Assembly (NCBI GenBank): GCA_964234715.1
Contig: OZ174276.1
Strand: one strand, 5' to 3'
Length of the DNA stretch: 64,000 nucleotides
Origin: Podarcis melisellensis
Taxonomy: Eukaryota
The notes under the pieces are model-generated. The model searched no databases. It had not been told where the DNA came from and saw nothing but the letters and a program-made list of their open reading frames with translations. The translations under genes and the position numbers were made by a program. This document shows, piece after piece, positions 13,317 through 23,913 of the stretch (positions are counted from its first letter, which is position 1; each line of letters begins with the position of its first letter).

Positions 13317-13689
13317 AAAGGTAAAGGTAAAGGACCCCTGGACAATTCAGTCAAAGGAGACTATGGGGTTGTGGCACTCATCTCGCTTTCAGGCCAAGGG
13401 AGGTGCGTTTGTCCACAGACAGTTTTCCGGGTCATGTGGCTAGCAGGACTAAACCGCTTCCAGCGCAATGAGACACTGTGACGGAAGCCAGAGCACACGG
13501 AAACGCCGTTTACCTTCCCGCTGCAGTGGTACCTATTTATCTACTTGCACTGGTGTGCTTTCGAACTGCTAGGTTGGCAGGAGCTGGGACAGAGCAACGG
13601 GAGCTCACTCTGTCGCGGGGATTCGAACTGCTGACCTTCCAATCAGCAAGCCCAAGAGGCTCAGTGGTTTAGACCACAGCACCACCCAC
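13317..13689 (-). mobile_element. Sauria-type SINE
   Basis: AAAGGTAAAGG tail, GGTACCTATTTATCTAC core and tRNA-like head on - strand. Confidence 0.85.
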
Positions 13690-13792
13690 AGTGGCAAGGG
13701 TCCCAATGCAGAATGCAAGTTTGAGGTTGCATGCTGAACCGAATCCAGGAAGGGTTCACAAGAGGCAGGCACCTGACCCCACTGGCCCTCAC

Positions 13793-13940
13793 CGATCTCT
13801 CGGTGCACCCGCTCGGTCACACTGCGGGCCCCCATGCCGAGCTCCTGGCCGTAGTAGCGCTTGGCAACCTGCCATATATGGGTGTCCACCGGCACGGCCT
13901 CTGCCTTGTCCAGAGACATGAGACACACGCAGTCGGCCAC
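13793..13940 (-). CDS. OGG1: OGG1 exon 5 (catalytic Asp in VPVDTH)
   Basis: 148 nt, VADCVCLMSLDKAEAVPVDTHIWQVAKRYYGQELGMGARSVTERVHREI. Confidence 0.96.
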
Positions 13941-14454
13941 CTGCAAAGGGAAGCGAAGAAAATTACACCACGATAGCGGCCCTTGTTTGCCGTTGCTGGA
14001 GGACACACAGCTACAAACAGGCAGCTGTGTGTCAAAGTTCAAACAGTCCCCTCCCTACCACACTCCAGCGCTTGTGCCATAGTTATGTATTCATTCGTTC
14101 ACTCCCTTCAAAATGTTGTAAGCTGCCTTTTAGGAAGGTGTTCCCCAGCGTATAAATTCACAGTGTGTCATTCATAATAAATTGTAAACCACGTCACAAC
14201 ATTAGCACACAGCAAGAACCAGCAGTAATAAGTGGGGTAGGAGAGCTTGAAAATAATACCAATATATTTCACACCTGGCAACCAATGCCAAAATATACAT
14301 CAGTACGACTCCCCCAAATATGGCCATAAAACCTTAATCCTCTTCCCCTTTAATCAGCGAAATGAGGCATCCTTAAGGCCTATCAGTACATGAATGAGAA
14401 GCAAATTTCAAATACATTAATATTCAACTCTGGGAGGCTTAGTTTGGTCAGAAG

Positions 14455-14750
14455 CCAGTATATTTGAAGGAGCGTCTCCACCCCCATCATTCGGCCTGGA
14501 CACTGAGATTGAGTGCCGTGGGCCTTCTGGCGGTTCCCTCACTGTGAGAAGTTACAGGGAAGCAGGCAGAGGGCCTTCTGGGTAGTGGCATCCAGATGTC
14601 AAAAAGAACAACAACTACCAGGCTTTCAGAAGACATCTGAAGGCAGCTCTGTTTAGGGAAACTTTTAATGCTTGATGCATTGCTGTATTTTAATATTTTG
14701 TTGGAAGCCGCCCAGAGTGGCTGGGGAAGCCAAGCCAGATGGGTGGGGTA
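14455..14750 (+). mobile_element. L2-like LINE 3' fragment (second family)
   Basis: Shares gttacaggg..aggcagagggcc and gcccagagtggctgggg blocks with 42360-42750, 57715-58170, 34140-34310. Confidence 0.65.
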
Positions 14751-15294
14751 TAAACAAACAAACAAACAAAAATTTATACACTTCCAGAATTAATGCTAAA
14801 TACTGTACATTACTTCTGGTAAATGAGCCACCATAGCTGCTAGAGGGCTGTGAAAATTTGCATTCTGGGCTTTTTAGACTCGTCTACCCATGTATTATAT
14901 GAAACCAAAGGGGCATATTGGTTGCCAGATGTGTGGTTCCACCCCCAGCTCTCCTACCCTACTGTAACACAAATCAGGAACAACATTCGGAAAGATCAAT
15001 AAAATAAAATACAACTATTGTTAACATTATCAACACCATCTTCAAACTTGTTAGTTTCCAATTGACTCCAATTGACTTACAACGCACTGAAAACATAAAA
15101 ATACAATACGCCATAAAAGCGGAATGAAACAAACCCTGTAAAAGCCACGGGAACCTTTGGTAACACGCTTAGTAGCTAAACAACATCATATTACATGGGA
15201 AACCCCAAGTCTTTACCTGGCACCCAAAAGATGTTAACGGAGGCGCTAGGTGGGCAATAACAACAGAGGGATAAGGTGCCTAATTTGTACTCAC

Positions 15295-15476
15295 CTTGGC
15301 TCCCACTCCAGGCAGCGTACACAAAGCGTGTCGAGCCTGTTCATAGGGAACGGCTCTCAACTGCTGCAAGCCGGCAGCCCCACCAAGCGTCTTCAGAACA
15401 GCGCGGGCACTCTCGCTAACAAACCTTGCCCGATATCCGAAACCAAGGTCCCGCAGCCGGGCTTCTGTGTCTGCTC
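15295..15476 (-). CDS. OGG1: OGG1 exon 4 (helix-hairpin-helix, catalytic Lys)
   Basis: 182 nt, ADTEARLRDLGFGYRARFV...ALCTLPGVGAK; donor gtgagt. Confidence 0.96.
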
Positions 15477-15703
15477 CTGCAACAGGACACCCAAAGAAGG
15501 ATGGCAGCCTTTTGAAGAAACTGTTACAGTCGTCTAGAGAAAGACGCATGTCCGGCAGCCATTATTATTTCCTAGAAGAAATGGCTAACACAACATTGGT
15601 CAATTAACCAGTCCTCTAAAAGAAAAGATGAGCACACAGCTTACAGGTCAGCTACGAAGCAATGCCACTGTAACACACATGCTCCACATCCCAAAAACAA
15701 ATA

Positions 15704-15929
15704 CAGTGGTACCTCAGGTTAAGTACTTAATTCGTTCCGGAGGTCCATACTTAACCTGAAACTATTCTTAACCTGAAGCACCACTTTAGCTAATGGGGCC
15801 TCCTGCTGCTGCCATGCCGCCGGAGCACGATTTCTGTTCTCATCCTGAAGCAAAGTTCTTAACCCAAGGTACTATTTCTGGGTTAGCGGAGTCCATAACC
15901 TGAAGCGTATATAACTCAAGGTACCACTC
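15704..15929. mobile_element. Tigger/mariner-like MITE
   Basis: CAGTGGTACCTC...GGTACCACT termini with TA flanks; family also at 24853-25094. Confidence 0.83.
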
Positions 15930-16239
15930 TATATTAATTCCTTGTATCTTTGGAACCTATTTATCGACACCATAATGACTGATGAACCAATGTATACTTG
16001 AGGGAAACCATAAGTTTATCTATTTACATATATACTACATAGTTCTACAACCTTAATTATATATTTTTATTATTTTGATATTGTTGTTTTGCTTTTTAAA
16101 ATGCTTTTAATGTATCTTTTTCTCTTCTCTTTCTTATTTACTTTTAACTCACTGTAATACCCTCAATAAAACACAAATAAGCAAAGAAAATTAATTCCGT
16201 GTATCCAGCTAGAATTTGTTATAGGCTATCCCTTCCTAA

Positions 16240-16603
16240 GGGGACGCAGGTGGCGCTGTGGGTTAAAGCCTCAGCGCCTAGGACTTGCCGATCGAAAGGT
16301 CGGCGGTTCGAATCCCTGCGGCGGGGTGCGCTCCCGCTGCTCGGTCCCAGCGCCTGCCAACCTAGCAGTTCGAAAGCACCTCCGGGTGCAAGTAGATAAA
16401 TAGGGACCGCTTACCAGCGGGAAGGTAAACGGCGTTTCCGTGTGCGGCTCTGGCTCACCAGAGCAGCGATGTCACGCTGGCCACGTGACCCGGAAGTGTC
16501 TCCGGACAGCGCTGGCCCCTGGCCTCTTAAGTGAGATGGGCGCACAACCCCAGAGTCTGGCAAGACTGGCCCGTACGGGCAGGGGTACCTTTACCTTTAC
16601 CTT
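16240..16603 (+). mobile_element. Full-length young Sauria-type SINE
   Basis: A-box/B-box head (GGTTCGAATCC), (ACCTTT)3 tail, 13-bp TSD TATCCCTTCCTAA. Confidence 0.92.
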
Positions 16604-16650
16604 TATCCCTTCCTAACCCTCAGGAGATTTATCCTGCTTAAATCAACAAT

Positions 16651-16966
16651 AAGGCAAAAAGGATCCCTGGAAGGTTAAGTCCAGTCAAAGGGGACTAGGG
16701 GTGTGGTGCTTGATTAAAAGCTTCCCTAAACCGCTTCTGGTGCAATGGAACACCATGACGGAAGCCAGAGCACACAGAAATGCTATTTACCTTCCCGCCA
16801 CAGCGGTACCTATTTATCTAATTGCACTGGTGAGCTTTCAAACTGCTATGTTGGCAGGAGCTGGGACAGAGCAACGGGAGCTCACCCTGTTGCGGGGATT
16901 TGAACTGCTGACCTTCCAATTGGCAAGCCCAAGAGACTCAGTAGTTTAGACCACAGCACCACCCGC
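16651..16966 (-). mobile_element. Sauria-type SINE (older), inverted relative to neighbour
   Basis: Same core motifs in reverse orientation. Confidence 0.8.
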
Positions 16967-17258
16967 CCCCTTTTTAGTCTCTCAAAATAATGTCAGCCAA
17001 TCCTCCACAGAAGGCCCCTTTGGATAATTCCATACATTAGCGATCTCAGTTTCTGAGGCGGTCAATAAATTCGCCGTCTTTCATTGTTCTAGATACTCAA
17101 GAAGCAACACCAACAAAGGCCGCGGGTAAAAGCTAATCGAGGCAAAGATTTCATAGCATTTCACCATATTCCATGCTCAGTTGTTAAGGGATAGCAACCG
17201 CCATGCAGTTTGAGTCCAGATTCCTCTTGGGTCACCAGTGAAGAGCAAGCATTCTTAC

Positions 17259-17438
17259 CTGCCATTGCCTGCAGCGAGGGGAAGGCGTGGTATGTCTTGG
17301 TGTCCAGCTGACAGAGGCGGCGCCCAAAGACCTGGCACAAATGCTGGATCATGTTGGTGATGCGTGACAAGTGGTTGTTGGAGGTGCAGATGAAGGAGAA
17401 GAGGCATTCTACGGGGTCCTGTCGCAGCACCCGCACCC
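17259..17438 (-). CDS. OGG1: OGG1 exon 3
   Basis: 180 nt, [28 protein letters not shown]...[10 protein letters not shown]; donor gtaaga. Confidence 0.96.
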
Positions 17439-17469
17439 CTGAGAAGAAAAGAGGGTGGGAGGGAGGCAA

Positions 17470-18050
17470 GGTCGTATTTACGGGACTGCCTCTCCTGATA
17501 TGCCCCGCAGAGGACCTTAAGGTCCTTGAATAATCATAGTTTAGAGGTCCTGGGTCCTAAGGAAGTCAGATTAACCTCCACCAGGGCCAGGGCCTTCTCA
17601 GTGATGACTCCAACCTGGTGGAATGCTCTGTCCCATGAGACCAGGGCCCTGCAGGATTTAACCTCCTTCTGTTGGGCCTGTAAGACAGAGCTATTCCGCC
17701 TGGCCTTTAATTTGAACTTAGCCTGATCTTTTATTCCCCTTCCTTCCCTCCCCCTCCCCTTTATGAAGATTACCCACTCTGGTATCCCAAAGCTAATTCT
17801 CCCCTGGTCTCCTTGCTGGCCCAAATAGGACTAATGTAGCCAGCTAGCCCTGGTGATCATCTAATGTTTATTGGATGGATTTTCCCCCTAAATTGATTTT
17901 TGAATTCTGAATTTATTATTCACGTTTTATACTGTATTTTATGCTGTTTTTTGTTGCATCAGTTAAGTGTTTTAAATTGGCTGTTAGCCGCCCTGAGCCC
18001 GGTTTTCTGAACCGGGAAGGGCGGGGTATAAATAAAAAATTATTTATTTA
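17470..18050 (+). mobile_element. L2-like LINE 3' fragment
   Basis: RAFSVMTPTWWNALSHETRALQDLTSFCWACKTELF; A/T-rich tail. Confidence 0.7.
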
Positions 18051-18763
18051 TTTATTATAACAAACACCCACCTAACTGATAGAGCTTGAAACACACACAC
18101 TTTTCAAATAAGCTGAAAAGGGTGTCCCCAGACTGATGGCTCTCGGTGGCTAAGGGCTGTATGCACTCAACAACCCTGTCAAATTATCAGGTACAGTGTG
18201 TTTTAAAACACCCCCCCCCAAGTTTCTAGTTCCTGAAGACATGTAGGCAACAAATTGTGAAATACAAGAGGCATATACCTTGCAGAGAGGGAAAATGAGG
18301 CCAAGTAGGCTTGTGGTTTGTTGGCCTGAAACGAGAATCCAGGACCTCCTCCATTAAAAGCAGAAGACTCTCAAATTAGCAAACTGAGCAAACGTACCTA
18401 GTTGGCATTATTTATACAAGTAATGTGATTTAACTTTTTTTTTTTTTGGGTGCTGGACAGAGGTGACTTTGCAGCAGATTTCTGGACTTTTCAAATGCAG
18501 CAGTAGAAAGTCGCTGTTGCAAACACTAGGGCTACATACAGCGATCAGAACAATAGATCCCCTCTTTAGCAGTGCTTGTCTGCATGTATCCAAAGACCTT
18601 GCTGCAGCCAGAAGGACAAGACATGTTATTCCCTTAAAATAAGAAGGGGGAAATGAAGCTAAAATGACTGTGAGTCCAAGTCTCACACCTGCTTCTGTGT
18701 GAAAATGTGTGCATTTGGTATCGTGTGATGCAATCCTGACGTAGCTTTATTAGTCCCAGGTAA

Positions 18764-19111
18764 GGTAAAGCGCCCCCTGACCATTAGGTCCAGTCGTAGC
18801 CGACTCTGGGGTTGTGGCATTCATCTCGCTTTATTGGCCGAGGGAGCCGGCGTACAGCTTCCAGGTCACGTGGCCAGCATGACTAAGCCGCCTCTGGCGA
18901 ACCAGAGCAGTGCACGGAAACACCGTTTACCTTCCCGCCAGAGTGGTACCTATTTATCTACTTGCACTTTGACGGGCTTTTGAACTGCTAGGTTGGCAGG
19001 AGCAGGGACTGAGCAATGGGAGCTCACCCCATCACTGGGATTCGAACCGCCGACCTTCTGATTGGCAAGTCCTAGTCTCTGTGGTTTAACCCACAGCGCC
19101 ACCCGCATCCC
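18764..19111 (-). mobile_element. Sauria-type SINE
   Basis: 13-bp TSD TAGTCCCAGGTAA. Confidence 0.9.
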
Positions 19112-19292
19112 TAGTCCCAGGTAAAGGAAATAGCAAAAAGACCAAGGCCACCTGCCTTCATCTCCTGAGATGTGCTGGTGAACTAACTGGGAAAACTGCA
19201 CCCTCTCATCTCTCTCTTCCATCACATAAGTTATCCTTCGCTCGTGCCATCAAAGCTAATTGAATTGCAATGCTGCCCTGAACCTCACCTAC

Positions 19293-19666
19293 CTGGGAAC
19301 TTGATGGCTACTTCTCGGAAGTGAGAGTCCACATAGGACCAGCCCTGATACAACGCAGACAAGTTGACGTGCAGCTGGAAATAATCCTGGAGGATCTGCG
19401 AGGGAGTCAGCCCATCCGTCCCCCGGACCAGCTCTCCTGACAAATGGCTGCCTGGGCGCTCGCTGGTACCAGCGCGGATGGCTTCGGGCTGTGCCTGCTT
19501 CCTGCCTTTCTTCAGCGGTGGCTCAGAGAGGCCGTCTTCTTCTCTGCTGCCATCCTCCTTCTCCTCTTCATGAAGCGTGTACCAGAGCTGTTCTTCTGAC
19601 TGGGTGAGGGTCCAGACACGGCCTGCCAACACACCAGTCCAGTAGCCAGGGCTGGTTTCGGACCAC
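19293..19666 (-). CDS. OGG1: OGG1 exon 2 (with about 42 extra residues relative to human)
   Basis: 374 nt, WSETSPGYWTGVLAGRVWTLTQSEEQLWY...ILQDYFQLHVNLSALYQGWSYVDSHFREVAIKFP; phase consistent. Confidence 0.94.
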
Positions 19667-19871
19667 CTGAGAGGAACGCAAGGCTTATTAGAAGCAAGGA
19701 TAGACAGACTGCAGTTTGGAGACGCTAACCTAGGCCTTCCTCCGCCTTTCCCTTTATGCTCCAGAAGGTGGCAAGTTCTGTATCTTTGGAGTCACAAGTC
19801 CCCTCACAACCTCACAGCCATAGAACCATAGAGCCATGCTTCATTATCCTACAGTACACTTCCACCAACTA

Positions 19872-20357
19872 TAGTGGTACCTCAGGTTAAGAACTTACCT
19901 TTTTGCTCTATAAGACGCGCCAGACCACAAGACGCACCTAGTTTTTGGAGGAGGAAAACAAGAAAAAAAAATATTCTGAATCTCAGAAGCCAGAACAGCA
20001 AGAGGGATCGCTGTGCAGTGAAAGCAGCAATCCCTCTTGCTGTTCTGGCTTCTGGGATAGCTGCACGGCCTGCATTCACTCCATAAGACGCACACACATT
20101 TCCCCTTACTTTTTAGGAGGGAAAAAGTGAGTCTTATAGAGCAAAAAATACGGTAATTCGTTCTGGAGGTCCCTTCTTAAGCTGAAACTGTTCTTAACCT
20201 GAAACACCACTTTAGCTAATGGGGCCTCCCGCTGCCGCGCGATTTCTGTTCTCATCCTGAAGCAAAGTTCTTAACCCGAGGTACTATTTCTGGGTTAGCG
20301 GAGCCTATAATCTGAAGCATATGTAACCTGAAGCGTCTGTAACCCGAGGTACCACTG
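19872..20357. mobile_element. Tigger-like MITE containing a nested mariner/pogo-like MITE (19898-20153)
   Basis: Host sequence aagaactTAattcg interrupted at TA, with TA duplicated around the nested copy. Confidence 0.85.
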
Positions 20358-21605
20358 TACACGACACCTTGTTTCACACGCACGCTCTTCTGACACCAAA
20401 TGCATCCCACCAAACTGCAAAAAAAAAAAAAAAATGCCTCTCTTATTAACTTTCTATTCAGCATTGTATCCTCCCAGTTCTGTAGCAGCCCAAAGGGATA
20501 AAAACATCCTCGACGGGTGATGTTCTGGGCTCCTGTGATCCTTCACAAAGGAATTCAAAGAACTGAGAAAGATTTGCTTATTCTACTTTATGAAGTCGTG
20601 CATTTGATTAGAAGCAGGATCTCTGCGGTTTTTTAAAAGAACTGAATCAAAACACTATTGATCAATAATGCAGACTTTTGGAAGCTGCGTACTGAGACCA
20701 TCTGGCTCTGTAGTGGTAGGAAGTAGCTTCCCACAGTTTCACAAACAGTTCACAGTTTCCCTACCTGGAGATGCTGGAGGATAAAAACATAACAAGAGGC
20801 CTGTTGGATCAGGCCAAAGGCCTATCTAGTCCAACATCCTGTTCGCACTGTGGCCAAACAGACGCCTGGGGGAAATAGGCAAGTAGGAGCTGAGTGCAGA
20901 AGCACTCTCCCCTCCTGTGGTTTCCACCAACTGATATTCAGAAGCATTACTGCCCGGCAATGGAGGTAGAACATTTCCACTGTAGCTAGTAGCGGCAGAT
21001 AGCCCTCTCCTCCATGCATTTGTCTAATCCTCTTTCAGAGTCATCTGAGTTGGAGGCTGCCACTAACAGCCAGATGTCCACTGGAAGCTCACAAGCAAGT
21101 CCCTAGCCCATAGCACTGTTCCTACTTGTGATTCCCAACAACTAGTATTTGGTGACTTACTGCCTCCCACAGTGGAGGGAGAGCAGAGCCATCACGGTTA
21201 GCAAGATTTGAACTTGCAACCTTCCTCAAGCAATGCATGCACTCTGCCACACAGCCAGCGTTCGAAATTCACCAAGCACCAGGCACATTTTGAATGTGGC
21301 AATCAGCCCCTCGCACCAAGCGAAGACGCTCAGGTGCTGGGATGGTGCCTGATGTTTCCACCACCTGAAGATGCATGCCTGGGGATCCTTGCATCTTGAT
21401 GGTTTTCACACACTAGCAACACATCCTGTAGAATTCTATCTGCGGTATTTTATCTGTGCAGTCAGATAGGTGAATGTCAGGAAGCAAAAAGTCGTATTGA
21501 AAAATACAGCTTTCAAGCCGTTTGGCCCCCAAAGGGCAACTAGGCATTCCGTTTCAGCGACTGCAACCCTGGTTTAACCCTGGTGCCTAGTTTTTATATA
21601 TTGTA

Positions 21606-21818
21606 TAGTCGTACCTTGGTTGTTGGACACCTTGGTACTCATACGTTTCGGCTCCCAAACAACTGAAAACCGGAAGTGAGTGTTCCGGTTTCTGAACATT
21701 TTTTTGGAAGCCGAACATCTGGTGTGGCTTCCACTATTGTTTCTGGGCACCTGCGCAATTGGAAGTCAATCGAACGGACTTCCTGAACACATTCTGTTCG
21801 AAAACCAAGGTACGGCCG
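21606..21818. mobile_element. Tigger-like MITE (degenerate)
   Basis: AGTCGTACCTTGGTT...AACCAAGGTACGGCC termini. Confidence 0.65.
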
Positions 21819-22590
21819 TTTTAACGCTGATCACAGCTGCTTTCCACAGATGGTTGTGGGGAGCAGGAGAGAAGTGGAGTTAAAGCTGCAATCCTAACCT
21901 CACCTACCCGGGAGTAAGCCCCACTGAATTCAATAGGTCGTACTTCTGAGTAGACACTGCTGGAATCAAGGCTTTTCCCCCAGAGAGAACTCACAGGAGC
22001 TCAGTTCTGGCACCTCTCAGGTGGGCGCCATTCCTTGCCGTTCATGGTGAGTTCCGGCACCCTTTTCTAGAAAAAAACAGCCCTGGTTAGAATTGTGCTG
22101 TAGCCCGCCAGTCTAAATAAGTGTCCCTTTTTCCAAAGCGGATTGTCTCTCCCCTTCCGAATTATTAAAAAAAGAGCAGCTGCCATAATAAGTAAGCAAC
22201 CCATCCTTTGCAAGCCTGTGGCCAGGATGCATAGAATTTGCAGGTGAGGTTCCGTGGCGGAGACACAATGCTGCTTTGCTGAAAGCGCAATGCAGAGCCA
22301 TCGGCAAGAGGGCAGAGCTGGCCATATTTATACATATATGGAGGATTTTTTGGTGCCTTTCGGACGCGCAACTTCATCTCCATCTCCATGCCAACGAGGG
22401 GGGAAAAACTGCACAAGAGCCTTGCAGAAAGAGGAGAGAAAGAGAAGGTGGCAACCCGAGAGAGGCAAGGGGGGTGGGCAGCGAGACAGCGGCCCCTTGG
22501 AGATAATAATACAAGGGAGGGAGCAAGACATTGGCGGCGGGGGGGACGACGCGACACCCTTTCTTAGCAAGCTGCCATTCCGCGCTCGGG

Positions 22591-22608
22591 AGCCGCCAGG
22601 GGGCGCAC
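22591..22608 (+). promoter_or_regulatory. CTCF motif at the start of OGG1 intron 1
   Basis: AGCCGCCAGGGGGCGCAC, near-consensus. Confidence 0.6.
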
Positions 22609-22612
22609 TAAC

Positions 22613-22875
22613 CGGAAGGTCTGCCCGCCACAGAGCACCAGGTCGAGGCGGAGTTGGGCGCGCGGGCAAGGCAGGGAGCGCCAGGGGGTAGCGCGAGGCA
22701 GCGGGGCCGGGCGGGAGTCCATGCCGTTCCTCCTCCTGCTGCTGCTGCTGCTGCAGCTGCCGCCGCCTTCGGGGTGGACGCGGGGATGCCGCTCCTGCCG
22801 CCGCCGCCGTTGTTGCAGCAGCTGCAGCCGAGCGCCAGACCAGAGCAGCTCCGAAGAAGCCCGCAAAATCACCAT
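22613..22875 (-). CDS. OGG1: OGG1 exon 1 (two in-frame ATGs at 22875 and 22722)
   Basis: WRSLPCPRAQLRLDLVLCGGQTFR| matches human exon 1; donor gttagt; start codon choice uncertain. Confidence 0.88.
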
Positions 22876-23452
22876 AGAGTTGCTGTTGGTTTCCCTCCCC
22901 TCCCCCCCCCCCCCACCTCACCGCCCCCCTCGCGCTCCGCCGAGTTCGGAGGAGGGATCGCGCAGGGGTAGACGGAGCTCCGGCGCTGCCCGCTCTAGGC
23001 CGCTGGGGTATACTCTGTGGCTCGAGTGGGCGGAAGTACTGGCCCGGGAGGCGCCCCGTTCCTGCGCCTGGGAGTTGGGCGGGCGCCGCGAGCTAGGCCT
23101 CTCAGGAGAAACGGCCACAAAATGGAAGGGAGGAGAGGTTGCTTCTTGCCCCCTCCCGCCTAGTTCAACCATATATATCTAGTATATCTATATACATTAC
23201 CCTCTACCCGTTACACTATATCTATGTGTAGTTTGAGATAGATAGTTCTTTCTATATATTTTATCCATACGGCCACAACATGGACAGATGGTTGGGGAAG
23301 TCCTTTCTCTCTGCCTACCCCACTCAATACATTCTATTAAATTAAAGCCCCATAGTGGAGACCATAATAATAACAATTTGTTATTTATACCTCGCCCATC
23401 TGGATGGGTTTCGCCAGCCACTCTGGGCGACAACACACTATTCAAAACACAA

Positions 23453-23913
23453 TAAGAAGAAGAGTTTGGATTTGATATCCTGCCTTAAGGATATCAATTA
23501 GTCTCAAAGCGGCAAACAATCTCCTTTTCCCTTCCTCCCCCACAACAAACACTCTGTGAGGCTGAGAGACTTCAGAGAAGTGTGACTAGCCCTGAAGCGG
23601 TACAGTTAGGGTTACCCCCCCCCAAAAGCCCTAAAACTGTCTGTGAATTCCCCCGCAGCCAGGCCTCAAAAGCCTCACCTCGAGCATTTTAAAAACTGCA
23701 TTTTCCTCTAAGACAAAATGCATTAGCTAAGCATTCCGCGCTTGCTGTAACTAAAAAAAAGATTGCAACAAGGTAGAGAACAGAGCCCATTGTCTTCTCA
23801 GGCCTTTCTCAGAGCCTAAGGTCACCCAGCAGCTGCATGTGGAGGAGCGGGGACTTGAACCCAGTTCACCAGATTACGAGTCCACCACTCTTAACCACTA
23901 CACCACACTGGCT
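23453..23913 (-). mobile_element. Squam3-like tRNA-derived SINE interrupted by a ~220-bp insertion
   Basis: Colinear with copies at 28794-29063 and 63448-63690 except for 23593-23811. Confidence 0.78.

Larger units (their letters stand above)
22520..23110 (-). promoter_or_regulatory. OGG1 CpG-island promoter
   Basis: CpG/GC-rich block over exon 1; ETS core CGGAAGT at 23031-23037 overlapping a GC box; no TATA box. Confidence 0.8.

Noticed and set aside
16240-16320. tRNA-like A/B boxes here and at 41271, 58319, 60272, 63448
   Set aside because: SINE heads continuous with SINE bodies, tails and TSDs; not standalone tRNA genes.
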